In this document: piece by piece, positions 19,959 to 30,245 of the stretch | Layout: each line of letters starts with the position of its first letter | Position numbering within the stretch: position 1 is the first letter of the stretch | Origin: Chthonomonadales bacterium | GTDB lineage: Bacteria; Armatimonadota; Chthonomonadetes; Chthonomonadales; CAJBBX01 | Direction: 5' to 3' | Assembly: GCA_037443035.1 (NCBI GenBank) | Contig: JBBIPC010000002.1 | Span: 1-64,000 of the forward strand | Length of the DNA: 64,000 nucleotides | Translations under genes and position numbers: made by a program | The notes under the pieces: generated by a model | Databases searched by the model: none | What the model saw: the letters and a program-made list of their open reading frames with translations, nothing else | What the model was told of the DNA's origin: nothing

Positions 19959-22124
19959 CTACAACGGAAGGCGTACCTCTGGACCGGAGAGGCTTACGAG
20001 AGATGTGACATGTAGGTCACCAGCCGTGCTGCCGGGCTCGCCATGGCTGCCCCAGGTACCGTCAGGCTGCGTCCCACCTATAGCAATGCCGATCCTGCCC
20101 GGTCCCACAACGGGCACGCCGTCGTCGTCGTACCACGCCATCTGCCGCGGTTCCACCACGAACCGTACGCGCTCCGACTGCCCTCGAGCAATGGCGATGC
20201 GCCTGAAGCCTGCCAACTGCCGGAGTGGAACCGGAACGGGAGCGTCATGGCGGCACAGATAAAGCTGGACAACCTCTTCTGCGTCGAAGGTGCCAGTGTT
20301 CGTGACCGTGACCTCGACAGCGAGCCGCTCGCCAGGTCTCAGGTTGCGGCGGTTGACCTTCAGATCCTCGTAGGCGAAGGTGGAATAGCTGAGGCCGTAG
20401 CCAAACGGGTACAGGGGGGCACCCCTGAAGAAGCGGTATGTCCTTCCGTCCATGCGGTAGTCCTCGAACGGAGGCAATTGGTCCAGCGATCTGTAGAAGG
20501 TGACGGGGAGGCGGCCCGCTGGCGATGCATCGCCGAACAGGATCTCGGCCAAGGCAGAGCCAGCCTCTTCACCACCGTACCACATGGCCAGCAGGGCATC
20601 CGCGTGCCTCGATGCGGTGTTCACGGCAACGGCGCTGCCGCTGTGGAGAACTACGATGGTGGGAGTTCCGGTGTTCAGAACCGCCTGTAAGAGGCCCTCT
20701 TGGCTCTCGGGAAGTCCCAGGCTCGTGCGATCGCCGCTCTTATCTATGAGATGCTCTTCGCCTTCCTCGCCTTCCAGTCGTGGCGAGAGACCGAGAACGA
20801 GTATCGCGACGTCAGCGCCCCGCGCCAGCCGCTCGGCCTGGCCATAGTCCGACGCCGCCGGTCCCGTCAAGCTGCAGCCTGGCTCGAAGTCCACCGTGCG
20901 CCGTGTGCCCGCGCGTTCGCGTATGCCCTGGAGTGGCGTGACAGCTCGTGACGGCGTGCCGTTGTAGTTGCCCAAGAGCGTCTCGACGTCGTCTGCATTG
21001 GGGCCAATCACGGCGATCTTCCGGACGTTTCGTCCGAGAGGCAGGATGCCCGTGTTCTTGAGGAGGACGATGGACTCCCGAGCGGCGCGACGTGCCAGCA
21101 TCCGATGGGCCTCGCAATCATTGACCGAATAGGGTATCTGTGCGTACGGCACCATCTCCGGTGGATCGAACATGCCAAGTCGGAACCTAGCCTCGAAGAG
21201 CCTGCGCAGCGCTCGGGTGATGACGTCCTCGCGGATGAGGCCCATGATCACGGCCCCCGTCAACCCGCAGAACGTGTCACCGCAGTTGAGGTCACAGCCG
21301 GCGTGCATGGCAAGTGCGGCCGCCTCCTCGCGCGTAGCCGCGAGACCGTGATGCCGGTAGATATCGTCAATAGCACCGCAATCCGAGACGACATAGCCAT
21401 CGAAGCCCCACGCTCCTCGCAGGATGTCGCCAAGTAGTGTCTTGCTGGCAGCACATGCCTCGCCGTTCGTGCGGTTGTACGCAGGCATGATCGAAGCTGC
21501 CTTACCTTCCATGACGCACGCACGGAAGGCTGGCAAGTAGGTCTCGTGCAGGTCGCGCAGGCTGACGCGTGCATCGAAGCCGTGGCGAAGCGACTCGGGT
21601 CCACTGTGAACGGCGAAGTGCTTGGGCGTGGCCACTACTTTGAGGTAGCGCGGATGATTACCCTGAAGGCCCCGCACGAACGCTACACCGAGACGCGCCG
21701 TCAGATAGGGATCCTCTCCATAGGTCTCCTGTCCTCGTCCCCACCTAGGATCCCGGAAGATGTTGATATTGGGAGACCAGAAAGTGAGACCCGTATACCA
21801 CCCAGAGTGTCCTCTCTTGCGGACTTCTTCATGGTGCTTGGCGCGCGCTTCATCCGAGATAGCTGTGGCAACCTCGTGAATGAGCTCGGTGTCGAACGTC
21901 GCGGCAAGACCGATGGCTTGAGGAAACACTGTGGCGATGCCAGCGCGACCTACCCCGTGGAGACACTCGTTCCACCAGTTGTACGCCGGAATACCAAGCC
22001 GTGGGATCGCTGCCGCGTCATGGACTACCTGCGAGACCTTCTCCTCGAGCGACATGCGGCCCACCAGGTCTGCAGCCCTGGTTCCGGGCCGCCATCGTGG
22101 ATTGCGATACTTCGGATCCGCCAT
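19959..22124 (-). CDS. GH3 beta-xylosidase / beta-glucosidase
   Basis: WWNECLHG, SPNINIFRDPRWGRGQETYGEDP, VVSDCGA, PFGYGLSY, C-terminal Fn3-like domain. Confidence 0.92.
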   Translation of the reverse strand: MADPKYRNPRWRPGTRAADLVGRMSLEEKVSQVVHDAAAIPRLGIPAYNWWNECLHGVGRAGIATVFPQAIGLAATFDTELIHEVATAISDEARAKHHEEVRKRGHSGWYTGLTFWSPNINIFRDPRWGRGQETYGEDPYLTARLGVAFVRGLQGNHPRYLKVVATPKHFAVHSGPESLRHGFDARVSLRDLHETYLPAFRACVMEGKAASIMPAYNRTNGEACAASKTLLGDILRGAWGFDGYVVSDCGAIDDIYRHHGLAATREEAAALAMHAGCDLNCGDTFCGLTGAVIMGLIREDVITRALRRLFEARFRLGMFDPPEMVPYAQIPYSVNDCEAHRMLARRAARESIVLLKNTGILPLGRNVRKIAVIGPNADDVETLLGNYNGTPSRAVTPLQGIRERAGTRRTVDFEPGCSLTGPAASDYGQAERLARGADVAILVLGLSPRLEGEEGEEHLIDKSGDRTSLGLPESQEGLLQAVLNTGTPTIVVLHSGSAVAVNTASRHADALLAMWYGGEEAGSALAEILFGDASPAGRLPVTFYRSLDQLPPFEDYRMDGRTYRFFRGAPLYPFGYGLSYSTFAYEDLKVNRRNLRPGERLAVEVTVTNTGTFDAEEVVQLYLCRHDAPVPVPLRQLAGFRRIAIARGQSERVRFVVEPRQMAWYDDDGVPVVGPGRIGIAIGGTQPDGTWGSHGEPGSTAGDLHVTSLVSLSGPEVRLPL

Positions 22125-22208
22125 GGTAGACACTCCCCCTTCGCTGTGTGGTATTCATTCGGCATAGGAATACCCCTTCCCTGGAGGGACAGCCGTGCTG
22201 ATTCGGCC

Positions 22209-23144
22209 ATGATCGTCGAAGGTATCGTGCTCCGCTGTATACGCGGTATCTATACCGTGCACGCAGGCGCGCAAGTCCTTCATTGCACACTCCGCGGCAA
22301 CCTGAAGAAGCAGTTCGAGTTCACGACCAGCACGGCCCGGGCGCAACGAGTAACGCGAGTACGGCGCAACGTTCTGCAAGATGTGATCGCGGTGGGAGAT
22401 CGTGTCCGTGTTCTTGTAGGTCACCACAACACGGGCGTCATCCAGGAGGTCCTGCCGCGTCGCACGAGCTTCACACGGGCTGGCTTTCGCGGCAGAGAGC
22501 ACACGGTTGTCTGCAACATAGATCAGGTCGCCATCGTCTTCGCGTGCGCCGAACCCAATCCCGACCTCTGGAAGCTGGACCGATTCCTGGTAGCTGCCGA
22601 AGCCGAGGATCTGGAGCCGATCATCGTGGCGAACAAGTGCGATCTCGGCGACCCGAAGCCATTCGACGAGTACAGGCCTATTGGCTACCGGATACACGTG
22701 ACCAGCGTTGTGCTGGGAAAGGGTATCCATGAACTGAAGCAGCTCCTCGACGAGAGGATCACTGCCTTTGTCGGTCCCTCGGGTGTCGGCAAGTCCAGCC
22801 TGCTCAACGCCATCCAGCCAGGTCTCGACTTGCGGACCGCTGACATAGGCCATGTCACCCACAAGGGCCGGCACACCACCACCGCTGCGCAGCTCATTCC
22901 CCTCCGATCAGGAGGTTGGGTAGCAGATACGCCTGGACTTCGCCAGTTCGAGTTCCTGGACCTCTCCCGCGAAGAGATTGCGGACTGCTTCCCCGAGTTC
23001 CGTGATCTTCTTGGCGGATGTCGATTCGATGACTGCCGCCACATGAGCGAGCCGGGCTGCGCCGTCAAGCACGCCGTAGAGCAGGGGGCTGTGAGCCAGC
23101 GACGCTACGAGAGTTATGTGGCGATGACCGCGGACTTGCCATGA
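22209..23144 (+). CDS. rsgA: Ribosome small subunit-dependent GTPase A
   Basis: NKCD, GPSGVGKSS, GRHTT, DTPG and C-x4-C-x-H-x5-C zinc site. Confidence 0.95.
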   Translation: MIVEGIVLRCIRGIYTVHAGAQVLHCTLRGNLKKQFEFTTSTARAQRVTRVRRNVLQDVIAVGDRVRVLVGHHNTGVIQEVLPRRTSFTRAGFRGREHTVVCNIDQVAIVFACAEPNPDLWKLDRFLVAAEAEDLEPIIVANKCDLGDPKPFDEYRPIGYRIHVTSVVLGKGIHELKQLLDERITAFVGPSGVGKSSLLNAIQPGLDLRTADIGHVTHKGRHTTTAAQLIPLRSGGWVADTPGLRQFEFLDLSREEIADCFPEFRDLLGGCRFDDCRHMSEPGCAVKHAVEQGAVSQRRYESYVAMTADLP

Positions 23145-24481
23145 TCCGTATGAGAAGGAGTGATACCGTGCGATTCTGGGCGCTGTCTCTCACCATGACA
23201 GTGTTGTCTGCCTGTCCGATCCCATCCCGTGGGGCGAATGCTGCACGCCCGCTCATGCGCGAAATGATGGGAATCAACGGGCACACGATCCTCTTCAAGC
23301 CTGAGTTGTACAAACAGGTGTGCCGCATCGCTCGCGACTATCACCCGCTGGACTGGGATGTCGGCGACGAGACGAACTACGCCACGCGTTTTCCCTGGGC
23401 TCGCAACATGGTCAACTGGGAGACGGTCTACGGCTCATGGGTCAAGGAAGGGTTCACCGTCAACCCTTGCGTCATCTTCGACAACTACGATGCGAAGAAG
23501 TGGAAGGACATTCCGGCGGATGCCTTCGCGTATGGCTTCACGTTCGCGCGGTTCTTCGGACCATCGGGCACACAGAAGCTCTGCGAGTCCATCGAGATTG
23601 GCAACGAGCCAGGTCTGTACGATGACGCCACCTACCGCGTCATTTTCGAGCACATGGCCAGCGGCGTGCGCAAGGGTGACCCCAAGATGAAGATTGCCAC
23701 TTGCGCCGTCGTCAACGGCACCAGTCACAGATACGCCAAGAGCTTGGAATGCTTCAAAGGACTGGAGCACCTCTACGATGTGATCAGCTTCCACTCGTAC
23801 GCGGAGGTGGAAGGATGGCCCACGTGGCGTCGCAGCTTCCCGGAAGATGGCAAGATCAAGTTCCTGCGGGAAATCAAGGACATCATGGCGTGGCGGGATA
23901 AGAATGCACCGGGCAAGCCGGTCTGGCTCACCGAGTTTGGTTGGGACGCCTGCACGAAACCGCCGCCTCCGACCGGGGACTTCGCCAAGTGGGTCGGATC
24001 CACGGAGACGCAACAAGCTCAGTGGCTAGTAAGAGCGTTTCTGGTCTTCGCTCGTATCGGACTGGACCGCGCGTACATCTTCTTCTTCGACGACAAAGAT
24101 GAACCGCACGTCCACGGTTCGAGCGGCATCACCCGCGAGTACAAGCCCAAGCCCTCCTTCCATGCTCTGGCCCATCTCTACAAGACACTAGGCGACTATC
24201 GGTTCGAGCGTGCTATCATCGAGAAGGAGGGTGAGGTCTACGCCTACGACTTCCGGAAAGGCGACGACGCGAAGGACGGCGTGCTGGTGGTCTGGTCGCC
24301 AACGGGATCTAACCGTCAAGCTGAAGTCGCGATTCCAGCACCGCCAGGCAAGGTCGTCAGCGCTGAACGTATGCCCCTGAAGGAGAATGGCGCCGAGGCC
24401 GTCACATGGAGACTAGAGCGTACCACCCTTCATCTGGGCATTGACGAGTCGCCCGTCTACCTACGGTTCCGGGCACCATAG
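23141..24481 (+). CDS. Secreted clan GH-A-like glycoside hydrolase (family unassigned)
   Basis: Signal peptide; IEIGNEP acid/base motif, SFHSY, WLTEFGW nucleophile motif. Confidence 0.7.
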   Translation: MIRMRRSDTVRFWALSLTMTVLSACPIPSRGANAARPLMREMMGINGHTILFKPELYKQVCRIARDYHPLDWDVGDETNYATRFPWARNMVNWETVYGSWVKEGFTVNPCVIFDNYDAKKWKDIPADAFAYGFTFARFFGPSGTQKLCESIEIGNEPGLYDDATYRVIFEHMASGVRKGDPKMKIATCAVVNGTSHRYAKSLECFKGLEHLYDVISFHSYAEVEGWPTWRRSFPEDGKIKFLREIKDIMAWRDKNAPGKPVWLTEFGWDACTKPPPPTGDFAKWVGSTETQQAQWLVRAFLVFARIGLDRAYIFFFDDKDEPHVHGSSGITREYKPKPSFHALAHLYKTLGDYRFERAIIEKEGEVYAYDFRKGDDAKDGVLVVWSPTGSNRQAEVAIPAPPGKVVSAERMPLKENGAEAVTWRLERTTLHLGIDESPVYLRFRAP

Positions 24482-24517
24482 TTCCCACGTCCTCCAGTGG
24501 CACTGCTGGCGCATACT

Positions 24518-25579
24518 TCAGTCGTCTGGAAGCCGTAGTCCTCTGGGCAAGAAGTGATGCTCGTAGCGCGAGACCGCGTAACGATCTGTCATGCCAGCGA
24601 CGTAGTCACAGACTCTCTGAGCCAAGGCCCTGCGGTCTCGAACGACATCCTCCGAACCCTCCGGCAGGTATTGGGGGTTCTCCATATAGAAGGCGAACAA
24701 CTCGCCGACAAGTCTCTGCGCCTTGGCCAGATCCTCGTTGGAGTCTCGCTCGCGAAGATACACTTTCTCCCACAGGAACTGCTTCAGCGTGTCCGTGGCG
24801 GCTGCGACGTCCGCTGACATGGCCACTTCTGGCCGGCTCTCGCTGTGCTCGATGACGTCCATAACCATCGTCGCTATGCGACCGGAGTGCGTGCTACCCA
24901 ATCGAGCTACGGCCGCCTGCGGAAGGTCAGCGTCAGTGATGAGACCAGCACGCATGGCATCGTCTATGTCATGGTTGACATAGGCAATGCGATCGGCGAT
25001 CCGGACGACCTGCCCCTCCAATGTCGCCGCCCGTCGAGTCGCTGCGTCGCTGAGATCACGCATGCCCTTGCTGTGGTGAGCGATGCCGTCCCGAACCTCC
25101 CATGTGAGGTTGAGGCCGGGCCCGTCACCATGCACCTCGAGAATCTCGACGACCCGGACGCTCTGAATGTCGTGGCGAAACCCTCCGTCTGGCACGAAGC
25201 GGCGGTAAGCTGTGTCCAGAGCCTCCTCTCCAGCATGGCCGAACGGGGCATGTCCGAGGTCGTGGGCTAGTGCGACGGCCTCTGTGAGATCCTCATTGAG
25301 ACGAAGAGCCCGAGCGATCGTACGTGCGATCTGCGCCACTTCCAGGGTATGTGTCAGACGTGTTCGATAGTGGTCTTCCTCGGGATCGAGGAAAACCTGC
25401 GTCTTGTGTTTCAGTCGGCGGAAAGCCTTGCAGTGGATAATCCGATCCCTATCACGCTGGAACGCCGTGCGAACTGGGTCCGGCATCTCTGGCCGGTCCC
25501 TCCGTGCTTCTGCCGACTTGGCAGCCCACGGCGCGAGGCGTTCGGACTCCCACTGCTCCTGCCGTTCACGAGGCGTCAT
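24518..25579 (-). CDS. dgt: Deoxyguanosinetriphosphate triphosphohydrolase
   Basis: FQRDRDRI, FRRLKHKTQVF, RTRLTHTLEV, AHDLGHAPFGHAGE, DYVAGMTDRY. Confidence 0.93.
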   Translation of the reverse strand: MTPRERQEQWESERLAPWAAKSAEARRDRPEMPDPVRTAFQRDRDRIIHCKAFRRLKHKTQVFLDPEEDHYRTRLTHTLEVAQIARTIARALRLNEDLTEAVALAHDLGHAPFGHAGEEALDTAYRRFVPDGGFRHDIQSVRVVEILEVHGDGPGLNLTWEVRDGIAHHSKGMRDLSDAATRRAATLEGQVVRIADRIAYVNHDIDDAMRAGLITDADLPQAAVARLGSTHSGRIATMVMDVIEHSESRPEVAMSADVAAATDTLKQFLWEKVYLRERDSNEDLAKAQRLVGELFAFYMENPQYLPEGSEDVVRDRRALAQRVCDYVAGMTDRYAVSRYEHHFLPRGLRLPDD

Positions 25580-25701
25580 GAAGTATCCCTGTGTGTCATT
25601 GCACGTCCTGGATCCGTACATAGATTAGCACGACAGACGAGCATCCAACGCTACGCCTCGGCAAGTGCGGATCCGCGCTCAGCAGCAGGAGAACAGGTGG
25701 A

Positions 25702-26376
25702 ATGAAGCGAAGCTCGAGATACATCGTGATGGGGCTGGCAGCCATGCTTCTTGTCCTGGGAGTAGCCGGGCAGAATCGGGCGCGCCGCCAGACAGGAGAA
25801 CGGAAGAAGGTGACAACGTCGCTGCAGGTGCCCAAAAGCAAGGAGGTGGCCACGCTAGCTGGGGGGTGTTTCTGGTGCACGGAAGCTGTATTCAAGGATC
25901 TACGAGGAGTGGAGTCCGTCATGCCAGGATATGCTGGCGGACGCGTCGCCAACCCGACGTACGAACAGGTCTGCATGGGAACAACTGGCCATGCGGAAGC
26001 CGTGCGGATTGTGTTCGATCCCAAGCAGATCTCCTACGCTGATATCCTGCGCGTCTTCTTCACTGTCCACGATCCGACGACTCTCAACAGGCAGGGCGCA
26101 GACGTCGGTACCCAGTACCGGTCCGCCATTTTCACGCACTCGGAGAACCAGGCCAAGACAGCGAAAGAAGTCATAGCCGAGATCACACGAATGAGGCTGT
26201 ACTCTGATCCCATCGTTACCGAGGTTACGCCATTCACGAACTTCTACCCGGCGGAGGAATATCACCGCGACTACTTCGCCCGCAATCCCGACAAGACCTA
26301 CTGCAAGGTGGTCATCGCTCCGAAGGTGGCGAAGTTTCGCCAGAAGTTCCAGGAGCGGCTCAAGGCAGCCCCATAA
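25702..26376 (+). CDS. msrA: Peptide-methionine (S)-S-oxide reductase with N-terminal signal/anchor
   Basis: GGCFWC, TGHAE, DPTTLNRQGADVGTQYRS, AEEYH. Confidence 0.95.
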   Translation: MKRSSRYIVMGLAAMLLVLGVAGQNRARRQTGERKKVTTSLQVPKSKEVATLAGGCFWCTEAVFKDLRGVESVMPGYAGGRVANPTYEQVCMGTTGHAEAVRIVFDPKQISYADILRVFFTVHDPTTLNRQGADVGTQYRSAIFTHSENQAKTAKEVIAEITRMRLYSDPIVTEVTPFTNFYPAEEYHRDYFARNPDKTYCKVVIAPKVAKFRQKFQERLKAAP

Positions 26377-26406
26377 GGACGTCCATAGGCTTCTGATACC
26401 CGCGAA

Positions 26407-27219
26407 ATGCGACTGACGGCCTATTACTATCAGCAGTTCGACGCTGACCGCTCGCGGGCCGTTCCTGCCGAGACCTACGGAGGCTGGAAGTCCTCGGAGA
26501 TCGCCGTCGCTCCCCAGCATACCGCGCTGGTCGTCATGCATGCTTGGAACACCGGCACGCCAGAGCAGTACGCCGGCTGGTGGCGGGCTGTAGAGTACAT
26601 GTCACGGGCACGCGCCATCCTCAGCACGGTGTTCCCGCCTCTGTTGGCGGCGGCGAGAAGGGCGCGTTTTCGCATCTTCCACGTCGTGGGAGGCGGTAGC
26701 TATTACCAGCATCTGCCAGACTATCGGTCAACGGTGGATCTCGCTGGTCCGGGGCCGCCTGCACCGGAAAAGATCCCGCTGGAGCCTACGCTCGCCGCAC
26801 TACGGGCTTTTCGAGCGAAGCACGTCTTCGTCGGTCGTCACAACGAGGACGACGTTGCCCATGGCTTCGCCGCACTGGACTTTGCGGAGGAGGCCAGACC
26901 CGTGACCGGGGAGCCTATCGCCGAAGACGGCCATCAGCTCTTCGCCCTCTGTCGCCACTACAACATCGACCATCTGATCTACATCGGCTTCGCTATCAAC
27001 TGGTGTCTTCTCCTGTCGCCAGGGGGTATGGCTGACATGGCGCGGCACGGCATCATGTGCTCCGTGGTTCGCGATGCGACAACTGCAGTCGAGAACCGCG
27101 AGACAGCCCGTCATGAGCTTTGCAAGGAGATCGCTCTATGGAGAGTAGCCCTCGCATACGGCTTCGTCTTCGATTCCGCCGACTTCATCTCCGCCCTCGG
27201 CGCCGCAACGGCCGGGTAA
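26407..27219 (+). CDS. Isochorismatase-like cysteine hydrolase fold protein
   Basis: TALVVMHAW; HLIYIGFAINWC...VVRDATTA. Confidence 0.6.
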   Translation: MRLTAYYYQQFDADRSRAVPAETYGGWKSSEIAVAPQHTALVVMHAWNTGTPEQYAGWWRAVEYMSRARAILSTVFPPLLAAARRARFRIFHVVGGGSYYQHLPDYRSTVDLAGPGPPAPEKIPLEPTLAALRAFRAKHVFVGRHNEDDVAHGFAALDFAEEARPVTGEPIAEDGHQLFALCRHYNIDHLIYIGFAINWCLLLSPGGMADMARHGIMCSVVRDATTAVENRETARHELCKEIALWRVALAYGFVFDSADFISALGAATAG

Positions 27220-27239
27220 CGCACTCGGTAGCAGCGGTT

Positions 27240-30191
27240 GTGCGCTACGGCGCCGCCCTGCTCTGCCTGGCGTCCGTGGGGACGCCACTCCGCGCGCAGC
27301 TTGCACCGAAGTTTGGACCGCATGGTGAAATCACGGTACTGCGAGCCGGCTCTGCGGAGTATCTCCGGGATCTGGCCGTCACCATTGTGAAGCCAGGCTG
27401 GGTCGGCGCAATGGCGTCTCAATCGGACCCTGATACCCAGATCCTCAGCGTTCACCACTCTGCCACGGTCACGACATACGTCCTCCGTCTTCATGCGGAG
27501 GCAACCTCGTTCATTCTCCGTGCGAGCGCGACGAAGACGGCCAACGACCTCCGCTTGAGCTACGAGCTGACCCCGGCCAGGGACGTCGCCACCGAGACAG
27601 TGATGCTGCGAGCGGTCATGCCGACGCCCCTTCACGCTGGCAAGACGCGCTACGTCGTCGTCGGACCGGGCATCGTCCGCGGCGTGTGTCCTGCTGCTCT
27701 GCCAGAACCGTATATTCTCCACAGCGGTCCCGTGGACTGGATAGGGTTCGCGGCACCTGGAGCCCAAGCTCTGCGCCTTCAGTTTCAAGCTATGACGTGC
27801 CAGTTTCAGGACGACCGCAAGTGGGACACACCGAGCTTCTCCATCATGGGCCACGCGACCCATGGCAAGCTCGCAGCCGGTCGTCCCATACGCTTCGCTC
27901 TTACTCTGAGCGCCATGCCTCCCCAAACCATGGACGCAATGGCGCGCGATGCTGAAAGGAACGACCTCATGGGACTGCCGCTCCAGGACAGCCGTCCGCT
28001 ACATATTCGGGCCGTCACGTCGGACAGGTCAGTGGTCCCAACGTACGATACCGTCGAGTTGCGCGCTGACCTTACGGCAACCTACGCGAACCCATTCGAT
28101 CCTGACGAGATCGCAGTCGAGGCCATAGTTACCACCCCTGACCGAAGAACTCTGCGCATTCCAGGTTTCTTTGGTGCACCGATGAAGGTGGATGTCAGGG
28201 GAGAGACCGAGCGGCTTCGCATGGCCGGTAAGGCTGGGTTCTTCGTTCGCTATACTCCCACGAAGCCAGGGGTTCACCGCATTGTACTTACCGTCCGTGA
28301 CCGTTCTGGTACCGCCCGATGGAAGCCCATCGCAATCAGGGCCACGTCCAGCAACGCGTCGGGCTTCGTGCGAGTCTCGAAGCACGATCCGCACTACTTT
28401 GCATGCGACGACGGCAAGCCGTTCGTGCCCATTGGCGAGAACCTATGCTGGGCCAACGGGCCAACCCCCTTGAGGCTCTACTCCCAATGGCTTGGCGGTC
28501 TGGGCAAGGCCGGCGCCAACTGCGTGCGCCTCTGGCTGGCGTTCAATGAGAAGGGGCTGGAGTGGATGCCCGCCCCAACGCCCAAGGGAGGCACGGGGAC
28601 GTACCTCGGTCTGGGACGGTATGCACTGGATAACGCCTGGAGGCTGGATGAGGTCGTCCGGATGGCACGAGCCAATGGTGTCAGGCTCATGTTCTGCGTT
28701 GGCACCTACGGGGAGTTCACGGACGGTGGTTTCTTCAATGAAGGCAGTTGGATCAGCAATCCGTACAACGCACGCAACGGGGGCCCTTGCGCCAGACCTG
28801 AAGACTTCTGGACCAACGAGAAGGCACGCAGGCTGTACAAGCAGCGCCTCCGTTACCTGATCGCCCGTTACGGCCACTCTCCGTTCTTGTTCGCCTGGGA
28901 GTTCTGGAACGAAGTGCCGCCAACACCTACTCAGGCTCGATGGGTCGCCGAGATGGCCGCTTACCTGAAGCAGCACGATCCCTATCGCCACCTGGTAAGC
29001 ACCACCTACGGCGATCGAACGGTGTGGACATGTCCCGATGTCGATTTCAGCATGACCCACATGTATGGTCAGGCAGGAAACACGCCGGACTTCACCCCTC
29101 AGATTGTCGCGCATGCCCGAGAGCACCGGCAGTACCGCAAGCCCTATCTACTCGCGGAGTTCGGGATAGACTGGCAGACCAGCGACAGTCGCTGGGACCC
29201 GAGCGGGATCGGAACGAACATGCACAACGGTGCCTGGGCTGCCCTCATGGCAGGTGCAGCAGGAACGGCGATGCTATGGTACTGGGATGGCTACGTTCAC
29301 CCGAACAACCTTTACCATGTCTTCACGCCGATCCATCGCTACGTGGGCTCTGTGGACTGGACGGGAGCGGGACTGCAACCCGCCGAAGCCATCGAGCTAC
29401 GCACTGCGCCCGACGCCATGGAGACGTTCAAGGACGTGACGATCCCTGGCACCGTGGAATGGGGCCTCACACCATCGAACGAATACACGGTTCTTCACGA
29501 CGGGACCGTATTAGGACGCCCGGCCGTAGCCATGGCGATCGGCAGTCCGGAGAGGTCCATCCCTCGCGAACTCCACACCGAGATCACTTGGCACCTGGAC
29601 TTGCAGAGACCAACTCCTGTGAGGCTCAAGCTCGGACAGGTCTGTACTCGGGCTCACATGGTGATTCAGGTTGACGGCAAGACGATCATCGAGCGGGAGC
29701 TGACAGCCGGCGAACCCGGCAAGGGTCCCTGGAAGTCGTCGCGGCGTCTCGAGCAGTACGGAGTCTGGGTTAGCGACTACGATGAGGACCTGGTGCTGGA
29801 TCTGGCCGCAGGGCGGCATGCTATCCGGGTGCAGAACACGGGAGGCGATTGGTTCCAGATCAGGTCCATCACGATACCTGGCTACCAGAGCAGCCGATAT
29901 CCCGACGTGAATGCCCTCGGCCTGGTCGGCAAGCACCTGCTTCTCCTATGGCTACACAACCGGGAGAGCACCTGGAAGACGGACTATGACGGCAAGCGCC
30001 CCTCCACTTTGCGAGGGCTAACGGCTGTCCTCCCCGTGTCGAAGAACGGCACCTGGCAGGTGGAATGGTGGGACACATGGAAAGGAAAGGTGTTCCAGCA
30101 CGGGACGGCTGTCTCACGCAGTGGCATGTTGGAGCTACCGGTGCCACCTCTGGAGCGCGACATGGCGGCGGTGGTGCGGCTCGTCCGCTAA
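27240..30191 (+). CDS. Large secreted multidomain glycoside hydrolase (DUF5060 plus GH5-like catalytic domain)
   Basis: NPFDPDEI (DUF5060-like), GANCVRLW, AWEFWNEV, LAEFG. Start codon approximate. Confidence 0.7.
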   Translation: MRYGAALLCLASVGTPLRAQLAPKFGPHGEITVLRAGSAEYLRDLAVTIVKPGWVGAMASQSDPDTQILSVHHSATVTTYVLRLHAEATSFILRASATKTANDLRLSYELTPARDVATETVMLRAVMPTPLHAGKTRYVVVGPGIVRGVCPAALPEPYILHSGPVDWIGFAAPGAQALRLQFQAMTCQFQDDRKWDTPSFSIMGHATHGKLAAGRPIRFALTLSAMPPQTMDAMARDAERNDLMGLPLQDSRPLHIRAVTSDRSVVPTYDTVELRADLTATYANPFDPDEIAVEAIVTTPDRRTLRIPGFFGAPMKVDVRGETERLRMAGKAGFFVRYTPTKPGVHRIVLTVRDRSGTARWKPIAIRATSSNASGFVRVSKHDPHYFACDDGKPFVPIGENLCWANGPTPLRLYSQWLGGLGKAGANCVRLWLAFNEKGLEWMPAPTPKGGTGTYLGLGRYALDNAWRLDEVVRMARANGVRLMFCVGTYGEFTDGGFFNEGSWISNPYNARNGGPCARPEDFWTNEKARRLYKQRLRYLIARYGHSPFLFAWEFWNEVPPTPTQARWVAEMAAYLKQHDPYRHLVSTTYGDRTVWTCPDVDFSMTHMYGQAGNTPDFTPQIVAHAREHRQYRKPYLLAEFGIDWQTSDSRWDPSGIGTNMHNGAWAALMAGAAGTAMLWYWDGYVHPNNLYHVFTPIHRYVGSVDWTGAGLQPAEAIELRTAPDAMETFKDVTIPGTVEWGLTPSNEYTVLHDGTVLGRPAVAMAIGSPERSIPRELHTEITWHLDLQRPTPVRLKLGQVCTRAHMVIQVDGKTIIERELTAGEPGKGPWKSSRRLEQYGVWVSDYDEDLVLDLAAGRHAIRVQNTGGDWFQIRSITIPGYQSSRYPDVNALGLVGKHLLLLWLHNRESTWKTDYDGKRPSTLRGLTAVLPVSKNGTWQVEWWDTWKGKVFQHGTAVSRSGMLELPVPPLERDMAAVVRLVR

Positions 30192-30245
30192 GCATGCTCC
30201 CCCGCGCACAAGCTTCGCAGCAACGGCATCCCTGACGAGCCTCGT

